Below are positions 1-12,938 of a stretch of 64,000 bases of DNA, piece after piece. Each line of letters starts with the position of its first letter. Position 1 is the first letter of the stretch. The stretch is from Pristiophorus japonicus. Its lineage: Eukaryota. Location of the stretch: NCBI RefSeq assembly GCF_044704955.1, contig NC_092003.1:4216001-4280000 (forward strand). The letters are read 5' to 3'. A program made the translations under genes and the position numbers. A model generated the notes under the pieces. The model did no database searches. It was given only the letters and a program-made list of their open reading frames with translations, and had not been told where the DNA came from.

Positions 1-144
1 CAGAACAGAACCATTTTTAAGCATGTTTCACAGATTTTTACATAATTTTTCTGGTGAGTCAAGGTTTGTGGGTTTTCTCAGCCTCACTTGGAAATATAAT
101 CTTGTGTTGTAACTTTGTAGTTTCTAAGTATTAATTTTAATAAA

Positions 145-698
145 AACAACAACTTGTATTTATATAGCACCTTTAATATAGTGAAACGTCCCAAGGCGCT
201 TCACATGAGTATTCTGATAAAAAAATTTGACACCGAGTCGCATAAGGAGAAATTAGTGCAGGTGACCAAAAGCTTGGTCAAAGAGGTAGGTTTTAAGGAG
301 CGTCCTGAGGGAGGGTAGAGAGGCAGAGAGGTTCAGGCAGGGAGTTCCAGAGCTCAGGGCCCAGGCAGCAGAAGGTACGGCCACCGTTGGTTGAGCGATT
401 ATAATCAGGGATGCTCAAGAGGGCAGAATTAGAGGAGCGCAGACATCTCTGGCAGGTGGGGGGTGGGGGTGTTTGCTGGCGGAGGTTACAGAGAAAGCGG
501 GGGAGGGGAGAAGCCATGGAGGGATTTGAAAGTAAGGATGTGAATTTTGAAATCGAGGCAATGCTTAACCGGAAGCCAATGTAGGTCAGCAAGCACAGGG
601 GGTGATAGGTGAGCAGGACTTAGTGCGAGTTAGGACACGGGGCAGCCGAGTTTTGGATCACCTCTAGTTTATGTTGGGTAGAATGTGGTTGGCCAGCC
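145..698 (-). mobile_element. L2-clade LINE, 3' fragment
   Basis: Reverse strand ends ...GCTATATAAATACAAGTTGTTGTT; remnant peptide GGRTFCCLGPELWNSLP is typical of the L2 ORF2 C-terminus; about ten sibling copies in the window. Confidence 0.85.
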
Positions 699-998
699 AA
701 AATGGTACGGTATATAATTTAGCAATGCCATTGTAATAACATACCAGCAGGACATAGTAACATTATGTGCTTGCATCTCAAGATTGAGGTCACTGGGATG
801 GAGTTGTTTCACCCTGTCCTATAATCTTGCTGAAATTCAGTTCCAGAACTTAATCATCAAGAAGAACTAGCATTACTTGAGTCCCCGACGATAGTGTTAC
901 AGAACTCCCAAATTGCATACTGAATTTTTATCCAGCTCAGCATAGGTAAACCAATACACACTTAAGTGATGTTGCTATACCAGCACTTGTGTATAACA

Positions 999-1243
999 CA
1001 GCAGGTCTCCAGTTGTCTTGGTTAACCCTTGCCACTGGACCAAGACCTAGCCTCTGTGAAGCCCATGTGGTGGCACCAGCCACCACACGTTAAAAAAATC
1101 CACGCACAGGCATCTTCCACCCTTCAGGATGTCGTTCAGGACCTGGAATATTAGGTCCTTCATTGAAACACCTGTGAGTTCATCCCTTTTTGGCGTGGAA
1201 GCAAGTCATCCTCGTTTCGAGGGACTGCCTATGATGATGATGA
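999..1243 (+). mobile_element. RTE-tailed non-autonomous retroposon (5'-truncated copy)
   Basis: Ends GTGGAAGCAAGTCATCCTCG...GAGGGACTGCCT(ATG)n like the RTE LINEs at 34600-34660 and 63940-63985; body shared with copies at 15040, 24220 and 42445; imperfect TSD tgtgt(a)taaca. Confidence 0.85.
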
Positions 1244-2487
1244 TGTGTGTTAACATTTTCACTTGGTTAATGAACTGAATGCAATGATTGATCAAATGGT
1301 GATGTTACACATTGGAATATTGTTACAAGAAAATACATGGCAGATTTGGAACTTGCGAGGAACAAGGGGGAAAATAACAGGCACGTGAGCTTGATATTGA
1401 TAAATTAGAGAAAGATGGTAACTGTGAAAGAGGTTGAAGCCTAAAAGTGAGGGCAGGATTGCCCATTGTGTAATAAGTTTTGTTCTTGTATCCTGAGCGG
1501 GAGTGTAAGAGAAGTGCTGGAAGAGCCTCCCAGATACTGTTTTTGGGTCTTGGGATTTTATTTGGAATTAAGGTTGTTGAGAGGAAAGCTGGTGTTTGTC
1601 AGGAGAGAGGCAAGCCGACGTCTTGGAGGCAGCTTTAGTAATGAAGGAATTGCGAGATTATCACGAGATCGAATGGCGAGACCAAGAATGTTGATAGCTG
1701 AAAAAGGATTAAATACCAACATAGGTCTCAGAAGCAAGCTATTCAGATTAGCCATTTCCACTCACAGGCTTAATCGACAGAATTATTGTTGAATTTAGCA
1801 AGCATTGTTTAACAAGCAGCTGGCCACTTGTTGCAAGATTGACCTATTCTGCACAGGAAAATGGGAGTGATTCTGTGTAATCAGAGTAAGGATAGATTAT
1901 GTTTTCATCACTCTCTTTTGCTCACTTGGTTAAGAGCCACAATAACACGCTCCGGTAAAAATCAAAGCAAGACTACAGATTATCGAACTGACAGTCCATG
2001 CTCAGAGCTGTAGTAAATATTTTTATGAGCAGTATTACATGCTGTTGAATGGGAAAAAATATGAAAGTGCCACAACATCTGTTTGGAAAAGATTAAAAAG
2101 TTTCTTGGCAGTGCTTTTGTTGTTTTTTAGATTTAAGGAAACGGGGAAAAAAGTAAGGCAAGATTAAAACGCAATGTTAATGCTTCACTTTGGAATTGGG
2201 AAACTGATAGGAAACTTATCATCTGGTGCAGTATTGCTTTATAAGATTAAAATTAAACTTCCACCACTACAGTATCTGCAAGACTCACTCGTCAGTGTTT
2301 CTATCAGTGAGCACTTGGAGTGCAAAAGAACTGTGTGTTCATAATGCATCTTCTTGATCCAATATCCTATGTCCCTTCGTGGTAGAAGACATCTTTACAA
2401 TTGAGAACTTACAAGTAGATAAGGCATCCATTTTCCTACTTTCTGAAGACGTGTCACACTGGACCTGCTCATCCGCCCCTTAATGTT

Positions 2488-3443
2488 GGGCTCAAGTTTC
2501 GGCCTGAAATGCTCCTATTTTTTTGGAGCAACTAGTTTAGAATGGAGCATCTAGTTTAGAATGGAGCATCTTAGAAATTGCAATTCTCGGCATTTAGTTT
2601 GCTCCAGTTCGAGTGAGTTAGAATAGTTTCGTTTTAGAACAGATTTTGTTTTTCAAAAGGGACCGTGTCCAGCCACTTACGCCTGTTTTGCAAGTTTAGG
2701 CAGCGAAAACTTACTCCAAACTAACTTAGAATGGAGTAAGTGTAGATTTTTGTACGCTCAGAAAAACCTTGCCTACACTTTAGAAATTAGGCGTAGGGAA
2801 CGAGAGATGGCGGCGGGGGGAGGTTTACAACATTAAACACTTCACTTTTATAAATAAAGAGCCATCATCAATAATAAATGATAAATAAATCAACCAATAA
2901 ATCAATCAAAAAAAAAACAATAAAAAATCAATCAATAAATAAAAAATCAGGTTTCTAATCATCTACTGCAGCACCGGGAGCCCTCCAACAGCGTGCAGGA
3001 AATGCCGGTCAGGCGGGCCCCACCGCCGCCGACGCCACTTCGGGCGGGGCCTGCACCCAGCAGATGATCGCCGGCGCGGAGGACTTCGGGCAGAGCCCAC
3101 CCCCAGCGAGATGCCGGGCTCCGCCGCCGACGAGGTAAGAGGTGTCAGGCCACTTGGCCCGGGATAGGGGCGACGTCCCTTCGGCCAGAGATAGGATCGT
3201 CGCTCGGAGACGGGACGCGCTGGGAGGGCCAGGAGCTACTGCGCACGCGCGCAGCTGCCGGCACTGTTTTTGGTGCAGGGCTGTAGCTCCGCCCCCAGAA
3301 GCTCCTGCTGCGCCGCACCGAGCTGGAAACGGGCCTACAGATATCGGAGAATCGCGAGGTAAGTATTCGGCGCAATTTCTGTTCTACAAATTAGGCGGGC
3401 CTCTGATGTGCGCCCTTCTAGCGACGGTCCAAAACTTGAGCCC
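2488..3443. mobile_element. Non-autonomous DNA transposon, PIF/Harbinger-like
   Basis: Terminal inverted repeats GGGCTCAAGTTT / AAACTTGAGCCC; CpG-rich interior; TIR related to the element at 25304-26577. Confidence 0.7.
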
Positions 3444-5375
3444 AATGTTACCGAGGACATACTGAGAGAGTCCCAAGAATAGTGGCTTTCCATTCTTTCT
3501 TGGTTGAGAAATGATACTGCATGGCACAGGGAATGTAGAAAAAAAATGACCTGATGGGTGATTTGAAACAAAAATCATTGTGTTATTTTTCTGTTTCTCG
3601 TATGTATCACATTTGGCTGTGTTTTGAATTGCTGTGATTTAGTAATCCTTTCCAGTTACAGTTCTTATGGGCTTAACATACAAACAAATCATGCTGCACT
3701 TTCACGCGGAAGATTTAATTGAACATGGATCCAAAAGATTATTCCTTACTTTATCTGGGGATTTAGATGGCATTCGGAATTGCTTAATCTTCACTTGTAC
3801 TCTTTATTATGGCATTGGAAACCTCCATTTGATCACAGCTTTGTAGATTACTCCCAACAAATTATGTTCTGCCTCTCCCTTTGTCTCTAACATTTCAGTT
3901 ATATTGGCTCTGCAAAAAAAAACTTTTAAGTATGTTGTTGTGCGTGTTTGGTTCCAAAATATATCCCAGAACAGTATAATTATATGCTTCATTGTACAAT
4001 GCTTTCTAGGACACACAGTTTTGAGCCAAAACTGTCGTGCAGTTACACTACAGACAGATGCTCAGCGTTGTTTCCTTTGTTCTGCCTTTGCCCAGATCAC
4101 GACCGAACCTTCTTGGTTTACTGCACGTTGGGGACTGGGTTTTGGAACTGTTCCAGTCCCCAAATTGCAGTGCAATCGGAGCATTACATAAATGTCCTCA
4201 TTCTTTGTGCTGTTTATCATACTTATGTGAGTTGGGTTTGTGTAGATTCCAGCACTCTTGAGGGATGGCAACAGGTGACTGTCGGTGAAGGCAATGACCA
4301 CATCATCGATAATGAAACCATGCTTGGGGATAGCAAGGACAGGCTTGTGTGTGTGTTCAATTCATCTTCTCAAGTAATGCAGAGTTTTTTCTTTGCTAAA
4401 ATTCTAAACATGTCCTTGCATGGTTTAAGGGCTATTCAGAGCTTGCTACGGTACTGACGATGGAAACGTTTAATTCGTATACTTACCTTCCAAAGGCAAG
4501 TGTACATAGAGATGCAATACATTAAAAAATGTTATAAATGTGAAGAGTCTTAAGAGCATAATGAGACCTCAATATGTTCACTATTAGAAATGGGTGAAGT
4601 TAATGATAAACAGGTTTTCTAAGGAGATGAAGGTGACATGGGGGCTATATTATGTCTGCGAGCACTTGCCTACGTCTCTTGAAATGATATGGTCTGTTCT
4701 GGATTATATATGCTACAAATCCTAAATGCATTAAATCTCTGTCATCACGTAACAATTTGCTAATCCAAGGAAGAGATATTGCCTTCTGTTTTCTCATGAC
4801 TGTACCAAAGCGCGCTCTCTTCCCTCAGGTAATTATTTCCCCTCCCCGTTACTATCCCAAAAGAAATGGCTTAGTGGCACAGCGCTTTGAAGTTGTACTG
4901 TGGAGTGGCAGAGTTGTGAGCTTTTACCCCCCTCAATTATTTTCTCATGGCAATAGGTTCCTGCCTTAGCCAGGTTGTCTGCGCTGAGGAAGAGGGGGGT
5001 GTGGAGGGCAAGGCATTGTTCCAGAGGACAGGAGGAAAATTGGACAGCGAGTCAACTCTGCTCCACTACTGGGTTCCTCCTCTTGGCGAGGTCAAGAACA
5101 CTATGATCAGATTGCTGATAACGGGGTTCCTTGTTGGATTGGGGATGATGCCAGAACTGGGAGGACTTGAACATGGCGGGGAAAGAACATCTTGCATGCT
5201 GGATTTGCAGTTGGGGGTGGGGGAATATGCATTTATTTTGGCATAATTTGAATCTTGCCTGCTGTGCCTGTGAAAGGTGTTGTGCAAGTTTTTTCTTTCT
5301 GTAAAATGTATCAATCACTTTAATTCAGTCATAACACTAAAGGAGTTGGAAAAAGTAGCCGCATTCAAGATCATA

Positions 5376-6020
5376 AGTCCGTAATTGCCCCCCCAGACCG
5401 AAAACGGGTGCACCTACTGATATAAATGATTTGGTCAAGCAAAATTGAGATCTTAAAAGTTTTTTTCTGGGGCGGCTGATGGGTGGAAGTCGTTTGGGAG
5501 CGGAGCGGGGCGGAAGGCAGGCCGTCACCGCGACGCGGTCGTGCCGCATTGCGCTGACGCGTCACAATGTCCCTCTCCTTCAGTTAAAGGGGAGGGCCGC
5601 TGTGAGCTCTGCACAAAGTTTAGTTGGGTCCACTGGGCCACCAGGGATTGCTTCGACTGGGCCAGCGGTCCGGTACCCAAGAGGGGGTCCCTGCCAGTCT
5701 GCCTGTTGGCGGCCTGGCCGAACCAGTGGCCGCCATTGTCGGGCCGGCTTCGGAGTTGACCGAGTCTAAAAATAAAATGGCGGCTGCAGCAGTGCGCCCT
5801 CCCCTTTAAGGGCGGATGCGCCTCCCAGCCACTAGCAGTTTCTCGCCGGGGAAAGCTGTCGCTGGCACCGAGCGGCGGCTGATCCGTTATCGTAGGGCAA
5901 TATTCCGCGGGGCAGTTTCCCACACGGGGCGGAAAGGGGGTCGCCGCCGGTCGGTAAGGGGTCGGCGCGTGCCCGACGGCGTGGGAACACCCCCACAAAA
6001 ATAAAGGAAGGCAATTTTTC
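5376..6020. mobile_element. Probable degraded Harbinger-like MITE (CpG-rich)
   Basis: Sharp GC/CpG-rich block in AT-rich DNA; residual inverted ends AATTGCC / GGCAATT; composition resembles the other MITEs. Confidence 0.45.
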
Positions 6021-6263
6021 AAATGTCAGCACCTCCGCCCCGACTAAGCAGTAGGTGCTTACCGACCCGTTACTGCCCCTTTCATCTCCATGCAGCTCAC
6101 TAAGTGAATACATTTTATCCAGTTTAATTGAATGATATATTTCTGTACCTTTCTACAAAGTGGATGCAGTTTGCTTTTGCTTCATATTTCATCATGTTTA
6201 CAGTCTAAATTACACCCAGCTTCATTATCTCTTCTGTCGTAGATGGCTACTGCATTAAGTAAA

Positions 6264-6438
6264 TACTCGAAGGGCCGAATGGCCTACTCGTGCACCTATT
6301 TGCTATGTTTCTATCAAGGGGTATGGAGAGAAGGCAGGAGTGGGATACTGAAGTTGCAGGATCATATTGAATGGTGGTGCAGGCTCGAAGGGCCGAATGG
6401 CCGACACCTGCACCTATTTTCTATGTTTCTACGTTTCT
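6264..6438 (+). mobile_element. CR1 LINE 3' end fragments (two tandem tails)
   Basis: GGCTCGAAGGGCCGAATGGCC hairpin followed by TTCTATGTTTCTA tail, present twice. Confidence 0.8.
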
Positions 6439-7182
6439 AAATTTTTGACTCCATAAATTTAAAGACCGCTTGGTCTTGGAATTTCTGCCTTGAGACGCAC
6501 ATAATTGGTCTCCACCAACAACCTATCGGATGTTCTCGTTATGAAGTTATTTTTGCACGCATTGGCAAATGCACTAACTTTGAAAATTATTTTAACAGCC
6601 TTGCATCAGCTGGCAACTGTGGCACCGTTTACCATGTTTCCCGTAGTTGTTGTTTTGCAACAGTCCAGTGACAACATCACCAGATTATTTTTCCAGTTTT
6701 ACTGGCATAAAGTTTTAAAAAAAGGACAAAAACAATAAAAATGAATCGACTAGGTTTAGTAGTTATATTATTATGAGCATTTTTGAAAAGTTTTTACTTG
6801 TGCGGTTGACTGTAACTTGCTTCCGATTTTGGCGTTCGAGTTATGTCAACGGTCCCTGTGGAAGTATTGTATTTCTTTCCTCTCAAAATATTTCCCCCCT
6901 CCACTCCAGACAGCGTTAAGTCACACTGCGATATGTCTTCTCAGGCGCCAGCAGCCACTCAGTACTTTGCCTGTGTGTCATTCTTCATTTAAGAACCTAG
7001 ATCACTATTTGGCTGTGAGGGACATCACCTGGAAACCACGTGCATTTAGTTTCTAGCAGAGTTAAACTGACAATCCGAAGCAGACTTGTTAGCTGATTCT
7101 TTTTTTTAAACTTCTGTTTAGCTCCACAACTCTTGGGCCCAGTACTACTCTGGGGAGGGTTCTTTGTGTAATAAACTCGTCA

Positions 7183-7733
7183 GGGCTGGGTTGGCCTCCC
7201 ACATTCTACCCCACGTAAACTTGAGGTCATCCAAACCTCGGCTGCCCCGTGTCCTAACTCACAAACTCACATCAAGTCCCACTCGCCCATCACTCCCTGT
7301 GCTCACTGACCTATATTGACTCCCGGTTAAGCAACGCCTCGATTTTCAAAATTCTCATCCTTGTTTACAAATCCCTTCATAGCCCCTCGCCCCCTCCCTA
7401 TCTCTGTAATCTCCTCCAGCCCCACAACCTCCCCTGAGATGTCTGCACTCCTCAAATTCTGCCCTCTTGAGCATCCCTGATTATAACTGCTCAACTATTG
7501 GTAGTCGTGCCTTCAGTCGCCTGGGCTCTAGGCTCTGGAACTCCCTCTCAACCTCTCTTTTCTCTTTTAAGACGCTCTTTAAAACCTACCTCTTTGACCA
7601 AGCTTTTGGTCATCTGTTGTAAATTACGTGGCTCAGTGTCAAATTTATTTGTTTTGTCTTATGACACCCCTGTGAAGCGCCTTGGGCTGTTTCACTATGT
7701 TAAAGGCACTATATAAATACAAGTTGTTGTTGT
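7183..7733 (+). mobile_element. L2-clade LINE, 3' fragment
   Basis: Same family as 145-698; ends ATATAAATACAAGTTGTTGTTGT. Confidence 0.85.
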
Positions 7734-8869
7734 ATAATAAAATGGGAAATAACACAAAATAAGCAAAGCTGAAATCAAACTCTTTTCCCCCCGCCTCCCT
7801 CCCCCAGCATCTCTGTTCAATCTTCCCTCTTTCCTTCTGTTCTGATTAAAAACAAAGAGCTTCCTCTTGCAAAATCACATGTCACTACCGAGCCTCAACA
7901 TCATCTCCGTTTTTTGTGGGTGATCGCAATGCATTGTTCGTAATTAAGTGCTGTGGTCTTTGAGTGGTCTGTGACTTTATTTGGTTGGTGGGGAATCAGG
8001 CGACCAGCACCTTTTTAATTGTTTTGCTCGCAGTGTTGTTTGAGTCGTGCAGCTCCGCAGCCAAATACTAATTATCAACCTATTTCTGGCGGGCATCTTG
8101 TTGCAAACAGCAATTTTCTTTTTCTAAAAGCACTAAACTTATTCAAATTTTATTTTAATTAATTGATTTACCTTTCATTTCCCTGCGGGCTCCCAGGTGT
8201 CGTGACCAGGGGCGCCGCTGGGTATGCTCGTATCAAGCATCAACCAATTTCGATTTTTCATCTCTTCACCTCATTTGAATTTATCTTTTCAGCGCCAGTT
8301 GCTTGCCCTTAATTTTTCTTTCTAACTTAATTTGAGCTCCCGAGTGGTGTTGAACAGATGCGTTCATTTATTTTTTTTTATACTGCAGCCATTTTAGGAG
8401 GGATAACTCGTTTTAATCAGGTTTCTCTCAAGTTCAATTTTACTTAAAGGGTTTTAAATCAAGCCCTTTATTCAGAATCAATTTATATAGTGGGATTACA
8501 TTTTATATTGCAGCTATTTTAGGAGGATATCATGATTTCCAGTTTCATTTTTATCTACCTTTTTCAATTAAAACCTTTTCCCGAATCTTGATTTTAGCAA
8601 TTGTGCTATCTTTGAAGTACATCCAGCCTTCTAATTGTTTTAAATTAGGTTTTCCATGATATAATTTGCGATCATTTGTTATCATGTGGCCAAATCCTGA
8701 CTCTTGTGGCAGCCATCTTAGGAGGCTCAACCAGTTTTGATCTAATTTCACCCAATTTCATTTTTATTTGGTTTAAGTTTTTTCTAAATCAGTATTTGTC
8801 TTTCTTCCTGTGTGTTTGTTTATAAATAAGAGTGCTTTTAAACAAATCTGTTTAATATATATTTTTAAA

Positions 8870-9562
8870 GAAAAGAAATACTTACATTTATATAGCATCT
8901 TTCACTACCTCATGTTTTCAAAGCGCTTTTACAACCAATGAAGAACTTTTCGAAGTGTAGTCACTGTTGTAATGTAGGAAACGCGGCAGCAAATTTCCAC
9001 ACAGCAAGATCCCACAGACAGTAATAAAATAAATGACCACATCTGTTTTAGTGATGTTGGTTTGAGGGATAAATATTGGCCCCAGGCCACTGGGGAGAAC
9101 TCCCCTGCTCCTCTTCTTGTAGTGGCCGTAGGATATTTTACACCCACCTAAGAGAGCAGACGGGGCCTCGGTTTAACTTCTTATCCAAAAGATAGCACCT
9201 CCAACAGTGTGGCGTTCCCTCAGTACCGCCCCTCCGACAGTGCAATGCTCCCTCAGTGCTGTCCTGCGATAGTGCGGGCTCCCTCAGTACTGCCCCTCCG
9301 ACAGTGCGGCGCTCCCTCAGTACCGCCCGTCCGATAGTGCCGCGATTCCTCAGTATTGCCCCTCCGACAGCGCATACGGCACTCCCTCAGTACTGCCCCT
9401 CCAACAGTGCGGCACTCCCTCAGTACTGCCTCTCTGACAGTGCGGCGCTCCCTCAATACTGCACTGAAGTGTCAGCTTGGATTACTCACTCAAGTCTCTA
9501 GACTTGAACCAATGACCTTCCTTGGCGGTGGGAGCTCTGCCTACTGAACGACAGCTGACACT
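8870..9562 (-). mobile_element. tRNA-headed Deu-domain SINE (SacSINE1-like) with internal 33-bp tandem array (~8 units, 9205-9465)
   Basis: Reverse strand shows a tRNA-like head (GGTTCAAGTC B box), the Deu core (AGCAGGGGAGTTCTCCCC...GCCAATATTTATCCCTCAA) and an L2-like tail. Confidence 0.85.
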
Positions 9563-9889
9563 GTATATGGGGTACATGAATATACTCCCATCATACAGTG
9601 AGAAACAAGTAATTGTTTTGTGCCCTGACCTCAATAACGTCATTTTACAAGGATCAGCCTATTTTTTTTGTTGCTGTCTCATGACGACAGTTAAACATTT
9701 AAAAAGGTAATTCATTTGTGAAATGCTTGGGAGATGTATTAAGGTACAAGACAGTGAAGTATTTTTTATGTATTTATAGCTGGGGTTTGTAAGGGGCTGC
9801 ACATTTTTTCCATTTGCTAAGTTATTTATTTAATTTTGATCTGCGAGCAACACCAGTGGCAATCCATCAAAATTAAAAAGTGTAAGATA

Positions 9890-10265
9890 ATAACTTGCAT
9901 TTATCTAATGCTTTATCACAAATTTCAGAAGACATCCCAAGCACTTCACATGCAATGAGCTCCTTTGAAGTGCAGTCACTTTTGTTATGTAGGTGAATCT
10001 GGCAACATTTTACTCACATGGTCCCACACAGACAGCAATGTCCAGGTCATCTGCTTTTGGTAGTGTTGGCTGAGGTAAAAGAATTGGCCAGGATAATGGG
10101 GGAACTCCCTGCTCCTCTTTGAATATTGTTATGTGGTGTTTAACATCCACCAGAAGAGGCAGACAGGGACTCGGTTTGAAGACCTACTTGAAGAATGATA
10201 CCTCTGACTGTGCAGCGCACTCTCAGTACTACTTTGGAGTGTCAGCCTCCATTACGAGCTTGAGT
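9890..10265 (-). mobile_element. Older diverged Deu-domain SINE
   Basis: Degenerate match to the same SINE body and tail. Confidence 0.7.
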
Positions 10266-10402
10266 CATGATATTACATTTCATGCGTCTCTTTTTTTAAT
10301 GGTTTTTGCCTTATGCCGACATGCCACATTATTAAAAATACTTCTGGTAGTGTTCCTGCCAGTAACATAAAAGGTTATGCCAAGCCAATTATTTACTTGC
10401 GT

Positions 10403-10920
10403 AACCTACGTAAACTTGAGGCCATCCAAAACTCGGCTGCCCGTGTCCTAACTCGCACCAAGTCCCGGTCACCCACCTGTGCTCGCTGACCTACATTGGC
10501 TCCCGGTTAAGCAACTCCTCGATTTCAAAATTCTCATCCTTGTTTTCAAATCCCTCCATGGCCTCGCCCCCTCCCTATCTCTGTAATCTCCTCCAGCCCC
10601 ACAACCCCCCCCCCCCCGAGATGTCTGCGCTCCTCTAATTCTGCCCTCTTGAACTTCCCTGATATTAATCGCTCAACCATTGGTGGCTGTGTCTTCTGTT
10701 GCCTAGGCCTCAAGCTCTGGAATTCTTCCCTCCCTAAACTTCTCTGCCTCTCTACCTCTCTCTCTCCTCCTTTAAGACGCTCCTTAAAATCCTCATTGAC
10801 CCTCATCAACCCTAATTTCTCCTGTGTGGCTCTGTGTCAAGTTTTTTGTCTTGCAGTATAACACTCCTGTGAAGCGCCTTGTGACGTTTTAAGTTAAAGG
10901 CTCGATATAAATACGTTGTT
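10403..10920 (+). mobile_element. L2-clade LINE, 3' fragment
   Basis: Same family; remnant GGCVFCCLGLKLWNS; L2-type tail. Confidence 0.85.
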
Positions 10921-11139
10921 ACTTCTGTGGGTAGCTGATATAACGAAAAGAATTCTGTTTAAATTAGTTTAATTCTTCGTGTATCTACCTGTGAATTGTG
11001 ATTCATTGAGTCCTTTTTGTAAATTTATCTTGTGTAGAAATCTCAAACCCACTCCCGTTGTAGTTGTACAGCATACACATCCCTGAGGCCGAATGGCTCC
11101 AATGAACCGAGGGTCCTGAGAATATTCCATTGTAACCTC

Positions 11140-11585
11140 TGTCAGCTGTGGCTTAATGAGTAGCACTTTCACCTCTGTGAGCCTGAAGGTTGGGAGTTCA
11201 AGTCCCACTCCAGGGACTTGAGCACAAAAAAATCCAGGCTGACACTCCCAGTGCAATGCTGAGGGAGCGCTGCACTTCGGAGGTACCATCTTTTGGATGA
11301 GACGTTAAACTGAGGCCCCGTCTGCTCTCTCGGGTAGACGTAAAAGTTCAGTTGGCACTTTTTCGAAGAAGAGCAGGCGAGCTATCTCCTGTGTCCTCGC
11401 CAATATTTATCCCTCAATCAACATAACACATGATCTGGTCACATTGCTGTTTGTGGGTGTGTGCTCAAATTGGCTACATTACAAGTGACTACACTCCAAA
11501 AAGTACTTCATTGGCTGTAAAGCGCTTTGAGACATCCGGAAGTCATGAAAGGTGCTATATAAATGCAAGTCTTTTTGTTCTTTCT
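11140..11585 (+). mobile_element. Deu-domain SINE, near full length
   Basis: Head TGTCAGCTGTGGCTTAATG...GAGTTCAAGTCCC, Deu core, tail GTGCTATATAAATGCAAGTCTTT. Confidence 0.85.
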
Positions 11586-12938
11586 GTGACCAACCTTGAT
11601 TTTCTTCCAGTAAGACCGTTGTGATAGCCATCATTCACCGGCTTGACTAAAGATTTCTTCATTTCAACTGGGGAGGGTGATCGTTGAGGAAACGCAAGTG
11701 TATTGGGGACTTTTAAAAAAATATATATATGAATGAGTAAACAAAAACGAATCTCCCAGAAACACATTTCATTGAGACCTAAATCACTGCTGTCACTTTT
11801 TGTCATTCTGAGTGTTCCACACTTCAGACTGAGGATTCAATCACCCGACTCCATTGCTAAGTGTTTTTGATAAATTTTTTTCCCCGTTTTTACATGTTGA
11901 ACAACATGGTGCTACTGTAAAGAAAAATCACATGCTACTCCTGATCTTCAATCCTTACTCACAAGTGTGCATCCAGATGAATAATTTGCAGCTTTTATCT
12001 CCCAACGTGCCTTTGGGAACAGGCAAGAAGCAGTGCAAGTTATCTGTTCTCTGCGTCACTGCTTTTTCTTTGTAGCTTCTGTTGTAAAAGTGAGATTGTG
12101 GGGTGGGGGGGTTGGAGAAGGGGAGCGAGTCCCGGCAAAACTGAGTAATATGCAATATTTGAGTCTCGTAAGATCTGGACCCCTGCCATTGCAAGTTGTT
12201 ATTACAGTTGTTTCAAGGTATCAGGTTTTTGTTGTGGTAGGCACCACCAGGCTGGCTACCTGCTAACTTAGTCAAACAAAAGTGCATATGTTCTCACTTA
12301 GTCACACTGGCACTCTGTGAATGAGGTTTCTTTTACAGTTTAATGGTGCGTTTTCCGTCACATAAATAACGTTCTGCGACTGGTGTTGAATAATGTAGAC
12401 AACTTTCCTTTCCCCCCACCCCCGCCTCATCAGAACTGAAATAGTACAAACCAAGTGATGTAATCTTTATTTAGTTTCTTTTTTTATTTAAGTGTAAAAC
12501 AACTAGCAGGTTTTACTGAAACACATAATCAGTGGCCCGTTGAGGGATAGTGTTTGTTGGCGTGAATGCTTTGTATGTCTTGTTGAAATCATTCTTCCCC
12601 ACTATTTTAGAGGAGGCGATGGCCCAATTACTGGAATAATGTTGACACGAACAGAGAAAAGAAAAGCATTTCAGATGAATGTGTTCGGTATCCCAACAAT
12701 AGCACGCCAAAATGTTGTTTCGGGGTCAGTGGGTTTCAGGAAATGTTACTGGAAGGTAAAAATGTGCTGAAAGTTTAAACAGTTTGCAGTTTTCTTATTG
12801 GTCTCACGACACACGTGCGACTCAGGACGGCTAGGGTGAGCCATCTGAATGGCTGTTCTGGGTGACTGTCTCTTTTCTGGCAGTCTTGCCAGTGAGTGAG
12901 GCTGAGGAACCCCCATTGCCTTACAGTGTCCAATTCAA

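Noticed and set aside
2960-3430. CpG-rich blocks (also 5400-6050, 21480-21780, 56370-56700) as host promoter CpG islands
   Set aside because: They fall within, or closely resemble, TIR-bounded MITEs, and no first exon is evident.
4480-4488. (A)TACTTACCT as a U1 snRNA 5' end
   Set aside because: The match stops after about ten bases; it is simply the reverse complement of a donor consensus and is expected by chance.
3948-4496. 169-aa ORF and possible plus-strand exons (about 4096-4226 and 4431-4496)
   Set aside because: Splice-like signals exist, but no frame gives a peptide I recognise; not supportable without homology or RNA data.
4930-5250. Possible degraded Harbinger accessory-gene fragment on the minus strand
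   Set aside because: Only a vague compositional resemblance; no motif I can defend.
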